A DNA stretch of 64,000 bases from Octopus vulgaris (GCA_951406725.2 OX597817.1:165850001-165914000); one strand, 5' to 3'; numbered from the stretch's first letter, positions 44,697 through 59,706 are shown. A program made the numbers and translations. Notes: generated from the sequence alone by a model not told the origin.

Positions 44697-45095
44697 TCTA
44701 TATGAGCAAAACGCCCCTCGTCCAATGGACGGTGCTGAGTTGTCAAACATTTAAACCAAATTTTCTCAAAACAACTTGTCCGACCGTCCCATTTTGTGGC
44801 ATTATTTCAAGCCAGCCGGATTTTTTTGCGCAAACTGCACGTGCATTTTTCTCGCGTACGCGTAATATCGATCGCAACAGCTGATGTACTTGCGCGTACA
44901 AATGCACGTTCCCACGGTTTTATCGATCGCATTCTCACCTGGAATTGATTTTTGTAATTTTTTCAAGACTTATACACGCCCTGATAGCGTCGGTATCTAC
45001 AGATCAAATTTGAGCGCAATCGGATGGAGGATGCCCGTGATCCTAGAAGACACACACACACACACACACAGACGGAACGCATTTTATATAATAGA
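44697..45095 (-). mobile_element. Helitron/Helentron-like non-autonomous element
   Basis: Minus-strand 5' end tctattatataaaa, TG tract, ccgattgcgctcaaattt; distal palindrome cgtccattggacg; no clean CTRR terminus. Confidence 0.55.
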
Positions 45096-45428
45096 TATAT
45101 ATGTGCGTGTGTGTGTATGTGTTTGTGTATGTGTGTGTGTGTGTATGTGTGTGTAACATATATACATACATACATACATATATACACACATATATTCTAA
45201 TATTGTGCAAAATATTGGAAACATTGTGTAACTATAGGGAAATATTACGTTAATGTAAAGGTTGACGATAGGAAGGGCATTCTGCCGTAGAAAATCTGTA
45301 TAAATAAGCTCCGTCTGCCCCATGAATGCATGCAACAGTTGACCATAAAATAATGATCATCTATCTCCCCCCTCTATTTCTCTGTCTCTCTGTACACACA
45401 CACACACACATATATATAGATATAAATT

Positions 45429-45504
<76 letters not shown>

Positions 45505-45732
45505 TTGATGTTTGCTTTTGTGACGGAAAATAATTTGACATTAAACTCCAGAACACTTATTTCGTAGAGTAGATATTTTCAATACTTTTACAAGGAGAAT
45601 GTTGACCGTCATTTCCAAATTTTGCCCAATATATACTTATGCAATAAGCAATGAACAAACCGCTGTAGATATCAAGAATAACCTTGTGAAACCTGTTTAT
45701 GTTAAACGTAGATTCGAGGATTGATTCCCATC

Positions 45733-46131
45733 TTTACTCTCTTTTACTCTTTTACTTGTTTCAGTCATTTGACTGCGGCCATGCTGGAGCACCGCCTTTA
45801 GTCGAGCAAATCGACCCCGGAACTTATTCTTTGTAAGCCAAGTACTTATTCTATCGGTCTCTTTTGCCGAACCGCTAAGTAACGGGGACGTAAACACACC
45901 AGCATCGGTTGTCAAGCAATGCTAGGGGGACAAACACAGACACGCAAACACACACATACATATACATATATACGACAGGCTTCTTTCAGTTTCCGTCTAC
46001 CAAATCCACTCACAAGGCTTTGGTCGGCCCGAGGCTATAGTAGAAGACACTTGCCCAAGGTGTCACGCAGTGGGACTGAACCCGGAACCATGCGGTTGGT
46101 AAACAAGCTACTTACCACAGCCACTCCTGCG
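45733..46131 (-). mobile_element. SINE family B, full length
   Basis: Homology to the reference copy. Confidence 0.92.
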
Positions 46132-46394
46132 CTATGACTATTTATATATATTGTTTAATTTTCGCTTTTATTTGTTAATTTATCTAAGTTCAATTTCTAA
46201 CATAGGCGCTTCATATCATATTACACTGGGGGTGATTATAACACATATATGTCTGTGTGGGAAAGACTGAAAGTTTGTCTACATGTGTGTGTGTGTGTCA
46301 TGGACCTGTGTGTGTATGTTGTAGATTTGAGTGTGCGTCATGGTTCTGTGTGTGTGTGGAGGATATCTATGTGTGTGTGTCTTTTATTGTTGTC

Positions 46395-46585
46395 TTTTAC
46401 CCCTTTGACGTTTATCAGTCATTGGACTGCGGCCATGCTGGAGCATACCCGTAAAGGGTTCAGTCGAAATAAATCGACCCCAGTGCTTCCTTTTAAGTCT
46501 GGTACTTATTCTGTCGTCCATTTTTGCCGAACCGCCAACCAACATCGGTTGTCAAGTTGCGTGTGGAACAAACAAAAACACATGG

Positions 46586-46653
<68 letters not shown>

Positions 46654-46825
46654 AAATATTTATACGAAGGGCTTCCACACTGTTTCCGCCTGTCAAATCC
46701 AGTCACAAGACTTTGGTCGACCCGAGTCTGTAGATGATATTTGCACAAAGGTTACTTGCAGTGCGACTTTACCCGAAAGCACGAGTTTTCTAAGCAAGCT
46801 TCATACCCACACAACCATGTCCGCA
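46395..46825 (-). mobile_element. SINE family B, old diverged copy
   Basis: Recognisable tail, CA tract and head. Confidence 0.7.
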
Positions 46826-47700
46826 CCGGTGTATGCTTTTGAGTTGAGTGTGTTTTTAATCTTTTAGACAGGATAGAAGCCACATTACCTACGACCTTTT
46901 ATAAGTCCTTCGAAACGCGTGAGACACTGAGGATGTTAACCTCAGACCAGAAACCAAACCCGATTGCTTACAGCAGCGTGAAATTCTACTTAATCTATCC
47001 AAAGTGCCAGTCGGGTACTGATCCGAAACAGGGCAGTCCTTTGAGACTACTATTTACAAAGCCCATGGTGAGATTTGAACTTAAGAAACAAAGAGCCGCT
47101 ACAACCAATGTGTGACATTTTGTTCGTTGCTCATTAAGTTTATTTATCGCCTAAGACGCACGCAAAAATACGCACACACACACACACTCTCAAACACACA
47201 CGCACGTACACACATATAATACATACGTAAAATTGTGATACGTGTGTCAATAATCTTTCCCACCAGCAAAACACATACACAAACATATAAACACATGCAT
47301 ATATGTATGTTTGTGTGTATATGCGCACGTGTGTATATATGTATATATATATATATATGTATACACGTGCTCATATGCACACACACATACACATATCATA
47401 GTTTTTTTTTTAATCAAATACTCAGTGTTATTATTCTAAATTTTATTGATATACATTAAAAAAAGATTTTTTTTTTTTTTGCAATACTTACATTTCCATA
47501 TATAAAAATTGATTTTCACGTGTTATATTTAATAAATTTTAAGAATAAAAATTGAAGATTTACTGATTGTAGTTAGAGAGACTCAATACTTAAATTAGAG
47601 TAAAATTTTATTTATTAATTTTATTTTATACTATGTTATATATAATCATTATTATTTCTAAATCTCTCAAAGAGATATATTCAGTAACAGTACTATAAAG

Positions 47701-47940
47701 TAAAGACTATTTGCCAACATAATGTGGCAGTCCTCGATGGGACGAATGTTACTGGTGCCTAGCTCCAGGAAACGTCGTTTCCAGCTGGCTATACGACACA
47801 ATATCTATGTCCTCTATTCGAAAAATAAAGACACAGATATTGTGTCATATAGCCAGCTGGGAACGACATTTCCTGGGACTAAACAACAATAACATTTGTC
47901 CCATCCAGCGTTGCCACATTCTGTTGGCAAATAGTCTTTA
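47701..47940. repeat. Fold-back element: two diverged inverted copies of the unassigned structured repeat
   Basis: 47701-47811 is an imperfect reverse complement of 47830-47940. Confidence 0.88.
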
Positions 47941-48842
47941 TGTATTAAACATATTATTAATAATATTGGCACTTATTTGCTGGAAGCTTAAATTTTGAGT
48001 GATGACTTATACAGACAGACTGGCTGAATTAGTCGTCAGACAAGAACACTGTACTTAAAAGGCGTTTTATAATACGAACAATATATATATAAGTTCGTTT
48101 TTTTTTTGCATAGTTTTAGCAATGTCTCGAGTATAATTTTCAAGTTAAAGCCTAGTATAAAATAGTGTGACTTATACATTTGTAAATATGTTGTATTTAA
48201 TAGAAAATGTACTTGCCTTATTCATAGTCAACAGACGGACTATAGTTGGTGAGAGGTATCCAACAATGGATGAGAAGCTTATCAGCCAGACCTAAGTGAA
48301 ACAAGCATAAAAGTCATATATTAAAAATTTTGAAAATGTTCACATGAAAATAAGGAAAACAATGTTTCTAAGACTTATCGAACACCGGATTAACCGAAAT
48401 CTATGTCGTCTGTTGTTCGTGGCTTCTGTAATGTGTGTGTGTGTTTTGTAATGTCATTCGATTGCGACAATTCTGGGGCATATACTTGGAAGGTTTTAGT
48501 CGAGCAAACTGACCCCATCACTTTTGCTGAATCATGAAGCTACGCGGACGTAAACAAATCAATATGAGATGTCAAGCAGTAGCAAGGGACAGGCATAGAC
48601 ACAAATACACACGAGCGCGTACACACACACATGTATGTATGTTCGCTGGCGATTTTCTTCCTCCGTCTTCCCTTCTATGGGACATTCTTCTATTCCAGAA
48701 GAAGAGCGTCTGCTCAAAATGTTAAACTATCTTTCTTTCCTTTCCTGAGCGTCTGCTAATACATTACATGTACCACGTACACGCGGTCTTATTTCTTTGT
48801 GTTTGTTCTCTTTTGGATTTACTATATATATATATGTATATG

Positions 48843-48896
<54 letters not shown>

Positions 48897-48916
48897 AGAC
48901 TTTTCATGTATGTATG

Positions 48917-48962
<46 letters not shown>

Positions 48963-49055
48963 ATATAATGTGTGTGTTTGTGTGTGTGCGTGTGTGTGCG
49001 TGTGTGCGTGTGCATGTGTGTATCTATATATATAATATGTGACAATTAGTCGGTT

Positions 49056-49126
49056 GCCACAATAAAACTCAGAGTTTCGAATGTCGAGGCGGAAGTCTGC
49101 TCTGGCATCTCGTCAGTTATTAAGAC
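49056..49126 (-). ncRNA. Type I hammerhead ribozyme, intact core
   Basis: GUCUUAAUAA-CUGACGA-GAUGCCAGAGCagacuuccGCCUCGACAUUC-GAAA-CUCUGAG-UU-UUAUUGUGGC. Confidence 0.78.
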
Positions 49127-49163
49127 AAACAATTATATATGTGTGTATATATATATACAAATA

Positions 49164-49255
<92 letters not shown>

Positions 49256-49548
49256 TGACATATGGAATATGTATGCATGTGTGTGTGTCTGCCGTATTGT
49301 TCCGACGATTTGGTCATTGCACTAACTATTTCATATATTGATTGATATAACTGTATCTCGATTACAAGGTATTTTTATATTAACTTTTTTTCTTGCTTAA
49401 AATAAAATATTTAATCGCTTAGTAGCAACAATGAATACTATGGAATTGAATTTTATTCAAATTTCAGGCAGTGTTTATATGTCAAACCTCACAAATTGAT
49501 GGGATAAGAGTTCAACATTTCTTAAATATATTTTTGGGGGTCACCTTA

Positions 49549-49639
<91 letters not shown>

Positions 49640-50112
49640 CGTGCGTGTATGTATGTATGTATATATGTATGTATGTATAAGTATATATTCATCCACAAGG
49701 CATTGGTCAACCCGAGACTATAGTTCTCAGCAAGGCTTCAATTCAGAGCGTAAAAAGTCGCAAACAAATATCTCACCTAATGTTGTTCGAACCCCTAACA
49801 ATATCGCCAGCATCCTGGCTAAAGTACAACAGCAAAAACAACATCAACAACAACAATAACAATAATTATGATGATGATGATGATGATGACGATGATGATG
49901 ACGACGATGATGGTAAAATTGTTTTTCAAATATACCGTAACAACATTTTGGGGCAAAATTCTCTTACATGCTTAAATAACTTGTCCAGTAATTGATCAGT
50001 TAATTAATAAAAAGTGGGGTACAGAATTACAGTAATGCGTCGATATATGAAAAATATGAACCTTCCATTACATTTGCGAGTGTAACTGGAATCCATCATA
50101 CGGATAACCCTA

Positions 50113-50206
<94 letters not shown>

Positions 50207-50239
50207 TTGTGTATATATATGTGTATATATATTATTTTA

Positions 50240-50627
50240 TTCTTTTATTCTTTTACTTGTTTCAGTCATTTGACAGTGGCCATGCTGGAACACCGCTTTT
50301 AGTCGAGCAAAGCGACCCCAGGATTTATTCTTTGTAAGACTACTACTTATTCTATCGAACTCTTTTGCCAAACCACTAGATTACGAGGACGTAAACACAC
50401 CAGCATCGGTTGTCAGGTGATGTGGGGAGGGGGCAAACACACACACACATACACACACACATATATATATATATACGACGGGCTTCTTTCAGTTTTCTTC
50501 TACCAAATCCGCTCTCAAGGCTTTAGTCGGCTATAGTAGAAGACACTTGCCCAAGGTGCCACGCAGTGGGACTGAACCCGGAACAATGTGGTTGGTAAGC
50601 AAGCTTCTTACCACACACCCACTCCTG
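50240..50627 (-). mobile_element. SINE family B
   Basis: Homology to the reference copy. Confidence 0.88.
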
Positions 50628-50983
50628 TGTATAAGTTTTCCCTAACGTCGTTTTCCGTCTGCATACTGATATAGGCTGAACATGAATGTATATGCATGAT
50701 GCTAACTTGAAAGACAGTGAAACTAGCAGGGAAAATACCAAAAGATATTTATATTTATTTTAACATATAGGATGGGATTCTCAGAAAGTTTAGAGCGGCG
50801 CAAAGAACATGCCTTAAAGATATGTCTCTGTTGATTTTTAAGACCGTCGATGTTAACTTTGTATTTCATCCTAGTGAGATCGATCAAATAGAGAACCAGC
50901 GATGTTGTAATGTTTTATCTGACTATAGCAACTTTAGCAGGAAATAACGACTGTATATGAAACAATTACATTTATAAACTTTT

Positions 50984-51537
50984 TATGTATGTATGTATGT
51001 ATGTATGTATGTATGTATGTATGTATGTATGGATGGATGTATGTTTGTATGTATGTATGTATGTATGTATGTATGTATGTATGTATGTATGTATGTATGG
51101 ATGTATGTATGTATGTATGTATGTATGTATGCATGTATGTATGTATGTATGTATGCATGGATGTATGTATGTATGTATGTATGTATGTATGTATGTATGT
51201 ATGTATGCATGTATGTATGTATGTATGTATGGATGGATGGATGTATGTAAGTATGTATGTATGTATGTGTGTGAGTGTGTATGTATGTATGTATGTATGT
51301 ATGTATGTATGTATGCATGTGTGTGTATGTATGTATGTATGTATGTATGTATGTATGTATGTATGTATGTATGTATGTATGTATGTATGCATGTATGTAT
51401 GCATGAATGTATGTATGTATGTATGCATGTATGTATGTATGTATGTATGCATGTGTGTATGTATGTATGTATGTATGTATGTATGTATGCATGTATGTAT
51501 GTATGTGTGTATGTATGTATGCATGCATGTATGTATG

Positions 51538-51571
<34 letters not shown>

Positions 51572-51661
51572 TGTATGTATGTATGTATGTATGTATGTAT
51601 GTATGTATGTATGTATGTATGTATGTATGTATGCATGCATGTATGTATGTATGTATGTATG

Positions 51662-51694
<33 letters not shown>

Positions 51695-51710
51695 GTGTGT
51701 GTGTGTGTGT
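50984..51710. repeat. (TATG)n array
   Basis: Direct inspection. Confidence 0.95.
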
Positions 51711-52196
51711 ACACACAAATATATATGTATATATTGGTAGGCAAATCGAAAATTAAGAATAACAACTAACAATGCAACAGAAGTCATATATATTTATGCG
51801 TTTATATATATTTATAGATATGCATGTTTATATATATATATGTGTGTGTGTGTGTATGTGTCTGTATAGTGTGTATATATATTTATATGTATGTTTATAT
51901 CTATTTATCTATCTATATGTATGTATGTGTGTGTAGTTGCATATGTGTATATGCATGTGTGTGTGTGTTTGCGTTGCGCGCTCGTGTGTATGCATATGTT
52001 TCTCTATATGCATATATATGCACATTTATTTGTGTATATATATATATTATATATATATATATATACATATATTGTGGTGTAATATATATATATATATATA
52101 TATATGATATATATATATATATATACATATATTTGTGAGTGTAAATTTATATACAAAAATACTTACAGTTGCATGCACACGCAAACACATACATAC

Positions 52197-52264
<68 letters not shown>

Positions 52265-52267
52265 CAT

Positions 52268-52338
<71 letters not shown>

Positions 52339-52343
52339 CATGT

Positions 52344-52399
<56 letters not shown>

Positions 52400-52444
52400 T
52401 ATATAATGTATATATATAAATGTATATATATATATTTATATATG

Positions 52445-52546
<102 letters not shown>

Positions 52547-53094
52547 TATGTGTGTGTGTCTGTGAGTGTGCATACACATAGATTAATAGATAAACATGAA
52601 TATATTCGCGTATATATTGATATATATCTGTCTTTCTATCTATCTAACTACCTATCTATCATCCAACTGTGTGTCTGTTGTCTGTTTTCTGTCCACCCCT
52701 CAGTCTGTCTATTTATCAACCTATCTACTTTTATACATATCCACACACACACACACATATATATACATGTGTGTGCGTGTGTGTGTGTGTGTGTGTGTGC
52801 GTGTGTGTGCGCGCGCGTGTCTGTGCATTCATCGTGTCGGTTTACCGTGTGTGCATTTATCGTGTATGTGCGGTTAACATATATTATACATCCAAACTGT
52901 GTTTCAGTACCACAGGGAATAAACTCAAGATGAATTTTGTTGTTTATATCTTCTGAAAGCTCGTAATAATTATAGGATTCCAAGCATTCAGAATGTTCTC
53001 TCAATTTTCACATCTTATTGTAAATATATATTTTAAGATACGATATATCTAAGAACCCCTTATTTTATGTATAAAGATATATATGCATATAATG

Positions 53095-53163
<69 letters not shown>

Positions 53164-53223
53164 GTCTCTCTCTGTGTGTGTCTCTCTCTCTATGTGTGTC
53201 TGTCTCTCTCTCTCTCTCTCTCT

Positions 53224-53265
<42 letters not shown>

Positions 53266-53348
53266 CATATAGATAGTTATAGAAATATGTATGTATTTAT
53301 GTATGTAATTGTTCTGTGCGTGCGCTTGTGTGTATGTTTTAACATAGA

Positions 53349-53415
<67 letters not shown>

Positions 53416-53416
53416 T

Positions 53417-53451
<35 letters not shown>

Positions 53452-53613
53452 GTGTGTATATATATATGTATATATATATATATAACATTTAAATAATGAG
53501 GGAGATAAATTGAATATTAATTTAATTAGTATCAATTTAAAACCAGTACCCTAGCATACAAAAATCTGAAAAATCAGAGAAAATTCTAATACATGTGTAT
53601 ACACACACACACG

Positions 53614-53707
<94 letters not shown>

Positions 53708-54193
53708 ATGCGTATGTGTGTACGCAGATACGCATATCGATATGTGCCGCTGTCGACGAAACTTCAAAGTTAGAGTCACCTTGCTCTCGATACAAATATG
53801 ACTGAAATATATACATACATTTATTCGTTTGTTCGAATATTCAGCTGTGTGCATGCGAATGTGTGTAGATATGATTTTACACAGACACACACACATGTAT
53901 GCGCGCGCACATACACAGAGGCATACACACACAAACACACACATACACGCACGCACATGCACACACAAACACACACACACACACACACTCACACACACGC
54001 AGTCACACGCAGTCACACTCATCTCGGCGCACTGATACTTCAAAATTTACGCATTTACAATATTCTTAAATGCTAAAATATAGAATCGCTAAATGATTGT
54101 ACATCAAATTTAAATATCTACACACACACACACGCATATGTATATCTGTAAGTGAGTGTGTGTATACATATATATATATATATGTATATGTAT

Positions 54194-54268
<75 letters not shown>

Positions 54269-54307
54269 GTATATATATATATATATATATATGTATACAC
54301 ATATATA

Positions 54308-54344
<37 letters not shown>

Positions 54345-54355
54345 ACACATACATA

Positions 54356-54418
<63 letters not shown>

Positions 54419-54510
54419 TTATGTGTATACATATATGTATATATATATATCTTTAGATGTGTATATATATACAGCATATATATATATATATATACATTTA
54501 CATATATAAT

Positions 54511-54544
<34 letters not shown>

Positions 54545-54777
54545 CACACGCGCCTGTATACACGCATATATGTGGAGTTTTTATTATGTAGGCAAAAGGG
54601 TAAATATGCAAGCTTCGTGCATATATTTACAGGGAACACTTGGTGAAGAAATCGGGATTTATGTTCACTTTCATATGAGCTCTACTCTATTTTATCGATA
54701 CTACATGACTGCTACAGCACTCTTTACACTATTATCCATGTACCTGTCTATCAATCAGTCTCTATTTTTCTATCTGT

Positions 54778-54815
<38 letters not shown>

Positions 54816-54838
54816 TATATCATATATAAAGATATGTA

Positions 54839-54897
<59 letters not shown>

Positions 54898-55146
54898 GTA
54901 TATATATATATGCATATATATATGTATCATATGTATCTATATAGACATATGTATTTATGAACATATAAATATACATGCATGTATATATATATATATATAT
55001 ATACATTTACATGCATACATATATACATACATACGTACATATATATATTCTATATACACACACACATATATATAAGAGTACACACAAAGATGTATACATA
55101 CTTACATACATACATTAATTCAGTAATACATACATTCATACATACA

Positions 55147-55180
<34 letters not shown>

Positions 55181-55270
55181 CATACATACATATATACATG
55201 CATACATATATACATACATACATACATACATACATACATACATACATACACCCACACATACATACATACA

Positions 55271-55306
<36 letters not shown>

Positions 55307-55396
55307 CATACATACATACATACATACATACATACATACATACATACATACACACATACATACATACATACATACATACATACATACATACATACA

Positions 55397-55430
<34 letters not shown>

Positions 55431-55459
55431 CATACATACATACACACAAGCACGCATAC

Positions 55460-55490
<31 letters not shown>

Positions 55491-55841
55491 CATACACTTC
55501 TGTCCATACATACAAATTCGTATAATTTGTATAAGTTCATATACATGATCGTTCTGTTTCTGTTTGGAAACAACAAAAATACTGGGAAAATTACAAACTA
55601 AGCTTCAGTAAATTTATATATACATCCAGAGTTGAGATGTTTTTTAAAAATATACAATAATAATCAGAATCGTTTTACTTTCACAACTGATATAGTTTCT
55701 TGTCACTGAGCAATGAAAAAAACGTAGCAGAATTCTAACATATTAACATACCTAGTGTCGACAGAACTAAATTCCAGTAAGACATTGTAACGGATTATGC
55801 TGGTCATATACATACATATATATTCCTTTATTCTTATATTC

Positions 55842-56128
55842 TTTTACTTGTTTCAGTCATTTGACTGCAGCGATACTGGAACACAACCTTTTGTCGAATA
55901 CATCAACCCCCAGGTCTTATTCGTTGCAAACCCACCACTTATTCTATCGGTCTCGTTTGCTGAACGGCTACCCTTGGGGACGTAAACGCAACATCATAGG
56001 TTATCATGTGATGGTAGGGGACAAACACAGACACACAAATGCATTCATATATACGTATATATATATATATATATATATTTGTATACATATATATATATAT
56101 ATACATATATATGCATGTATATACATAT

Positions 56129-56159
<31 letters not shown>

Positions 56160-56330
56160 TACATATATATATATATGTACGACGGGCTTCTTTCAGTTTC
56201 CGTCTATCAATTCTCTCACAACGCTTTGGTTGGCCAGAGGCTGTAGTAGAAGGCACTTAGTCAAGGTGCCACGCAGTGGGACTGAACCCAGAAAATGCGG
56301 TTGGGAAGCAAGCTTCTTACCATACAGCCA
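55842..56330 (-). mobile_element. SINE family B, diverged
   Basis: Homology to the reference copy. Confidence 0.8.
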
Positions 56331-56341
56331 CCAAACAACAC

Positions 56342-56644
56342 ATATTGTTATATTTCGGGAAGGCCATCTTTTACTTTGCCAAATAAACACACGCACCATA
56401 TATTCGTTCTTCACTCGTTTGTCACTGTTCTTAATCGAACTCATGTCCACTGCCTGGAAATCTTTCATCACACATCTGTGACCTCTTCATCAACACTTTC
56501 AATGTGACGAAAGACTTCCGGACAACGGACATGAGTTTAAATAAGAACAGTAATAAACGAGGGAAGAACGAATATATATTGCGTGTGTGTTTATTCGGTA
56601 AAAAGTAAAAAAAAAAAAATGACTCTCCCGAACTACAACAATAT
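56342..56644. mobile_element. Palindromic MITE-like element (arms about 130-140 bp, spacer about 30 nt)
   Basis: 56342-56472 is an imperfect reverse complement of 56503-56644. Confidence 0.8.
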
Positions 56645-56697
56645 TTCTTTCCAAACATGGTTCCACATCAAGAATCTCGCAACACAAATCCAAAATG

Positions 56698-56757
<60 letters not shown>

Positions 56758-56777
56758 TAGACATATATATATATATC

Positions 56778-56812
<35 letters not shown>

Positions 56813-57205
56813 GAATATATATATATATGTGCATATATATATATATATATGTATATATACACATATATTTACGTGTGTATATATATACACATAAATACAT
56901 ACATATTTATTACATTTAATCATTGGTGCAGGCGTAGTTGTGTGGTAAAAGTTCTACTATTTTTGATCTATGATTCCCGGTTCAATCTCGCTTCGTCGCA
57001 ACTTGAACAAGTATATTCTACTATTTCCTCGGGCCGACCAAATACGTGTGAACTGAGTGAAGTCCGTCGAATACATTTATGTGTGTGCGTGTGTACAGAG
57101 CGAAGGGTGGGGAGAGAGAAATACTCATATATGTGTGTATATATATATATGAATATATATAAAGCAGAATGAAGCCCGTTGTATAAACATGCGAATATAT
57201 ATATG

Positions 57206-57262
<57 letters not shown>

Positions 57263-57441
57263 TATATATATGTATACATATATATATATATCATCATCAG
57301 GATGTTGAGCGATAATGATGATGATAATATGTGTGTGTGTGTATGTATGTATGTATGAATGCGTGTTTATATGTATGTATGCATGCATGTATATGTATAT
57401 ATATATCTATATATCTATATATCTATATATATATACATATA

Positions 57442-57520
<79 letters not shown>

Positions 57521-57763
57521 GAATAAGCACATGAATGTGAAACAAACTGGGGAAAAATAGGACTCGAATACCGGAGGTAGAGTAATATGCTTTAGTCTTA
57601 TTAAAGCAGGAAAAACATCACAAAAGTATCACAAAAAGACAAATTAGATTGATAGTCTAAACTGTCCGAGAAACCGGAACGGGAAACTCTGAGTAGCAGG
57701 TTCTGTGTTTATTTTTCTAATGTTTTGCATCTCTAGTCATAATGAAGTATATATATATATATA

Positions 57764-58158
57764 CAGGAGTGGCTGTGAGGTAAGTAGCTTGTTTACCAAC
57801 CATATGGTTCCGGGTTCAGTCCCACTGCGTGTCATCTTGGGCAAGTGTCTTCTGCTATAGCCCCGGGCCGACCAATGCCTTGTGAGTGGATTTGGTAGAC
57901 GGAAACTGAAAGAAGCCTGTCATATGTGTGTATATATATATGTATATATATGTGTGTTTGTGCGTCTGTGTTTGTCCCCCTAGCATTGCTTGACAACCGA
58001 TGCTAGTGTGTTTACGTCCCCGTCACTTAGCGGTTCGGCAAAAGAGACCGATAGAATAAGTACTGGGCTTACAAAGAATAAGTCCCGGGGTCGATTTGCT
58101 CGACTAAAGGTGGTGCTCCAGCATGGCCGCAGTCAAATGACTCAACCAAGTAAAGAGT
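57764..58158 (+). mobile_element. SINE family B, full length
   Basis: Homology to the reference copy. Confidence 0.92.
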
Positions 58159-58180
58159 ATATATATATATTATGTATGTA

Positions 58181-58818
58181 GGTTAATATCTAGATCCGCA
58201 CCCGGTGGGAAAAATGAGATCCGCACCCGGTGGAAAAAATGGAAACGAAAATGTGTAACAGTTGTAAGGCATCGTATATTGAAGGAATATGACGAAAAAA
58301 AAAGCGCGCTGACAAACGGGGGGGGGGGGGCTCGGAAAATTGCCTACGATTTAAAGAAAAATTTACCATCAATTTTCACCATTTTAAACGCATTTCACAC
58401 ACATAGCCCAATGTCATAATTCAAAACTAACGCAGCGAAAATTTTGAAAAGTTCCCCCAGTTCTGAAAAAAATCGATAAATTCGACATGGGGTCGCGAAT
58501 CAGAAACACAATGGTGAAAATTGATGGTAAATTTTTTTTTAAATCGTAGGCAATTTTCCGAGCCCCCCCCCCCCCCCCCCCCGTTTGTCAGCGCGCTTTT
58601 TTTTCGTCATATTCCTTCAATATACGATGCCTTACACCTGTTACACATATTTTTTTCCATTTTTGCCTCTACGGTTGATCCTGGGAATTTCCCGAGCCCC
58701 CCCCCCCGTTTGTCAGCGCGCTTTTTTCCCGTCTTATTCCGTCAATATACGATGCCTTACAACTGTTACACATTTTCGTTTCCATTTTTCCCACCGGGTG
58801 CGGATCTAGATATTAACC
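58181..58818. mobile_element. Long-TIR fold-back element (Mutator-like ends) with Helitron-shared spacer
   Basis: Perfect terminal IR ggttaatatctagatccgcacccggtgggaaaaatg; arms 58181-58383 and 58510-58818; no TSD seen. Confidence 0.8.
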
Positions 58819-59072
58819 GTTTTATTTGTCCAGTACCTGCGCTTCACAACTGATGTGTTGATGCGCGTAATTCACTGTAACTTAGAGATTCCTCAAAAAT
58901 CACGATAGAATAAGCATCCCACATAATAACAAATATGTACGGGGCCGATTAATAGGGCTAAAATTTTTCTTCAAGTGCATGCCCCTGCATTGTCGCAGAC
59001 TAGTAACTGAAGCAAGTAAAATATAAAAGATACAGATTGTTAAACATAAACACATATACGCATAGAGATGGA

Positions 59073-59191
<119 letters not shown>

Positions 59192-59299
59192 ATATCTATC
59201 TATCTATCTATCTATCTATCTACCTATCTATCTATCAGTCCTATGAACCCAGAAATCGAAAACAGAGAGTTGCTTATTTGCAAAAAAAAAAAAAAGAAA

Positions 59300-59628
59300 T
59301 ATAAAATGTGACATCATTGACCGAGGTTACCGTGGTCTTTTCCGTAGGCTTTTCTTTTGCACGGGTAAACCTCACCTGTCCTCCCCTTTACACTTCATAT
59401 TGACATTTCTGTGATAACGATCCCTATTGATCAATTTTTTTTCCTCCCCCTTTTTTTTTTTTTTTTTTTAAACCCCCTTTTTTTGTCCTCTTTCTCTCCT
59501 TTTACGATCCTTTTGATCGAAACTCCCCCTTCCTTCTTTTTTTTTTTTTCTTAAACCTTCAAAAGAAAAGCTTTACCTTGTAATTTGTTCTATCTGTGTG
59601 CAGCCCTGTGTGGCTAATAAAGAAACAT
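59300..59628 (+). mobile_element. Probable LINE 3'UTR fragment with a SINE A-like tail
   Basis: Pyrimidine-rich, ends agccctgtgtggctaataaagaaa, then (ATCT)n. Confidence 0.45.
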
Positions 59629-59658
59629 ATCTACCTATCTATCTATCTATCTATCTAC

Positions 59659-59706
<48 letters not shown>

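Noticed and set aside
48000-48055. CTGACGA on the minus strand
   Set aside because: No downstream GAAA or compatible stems
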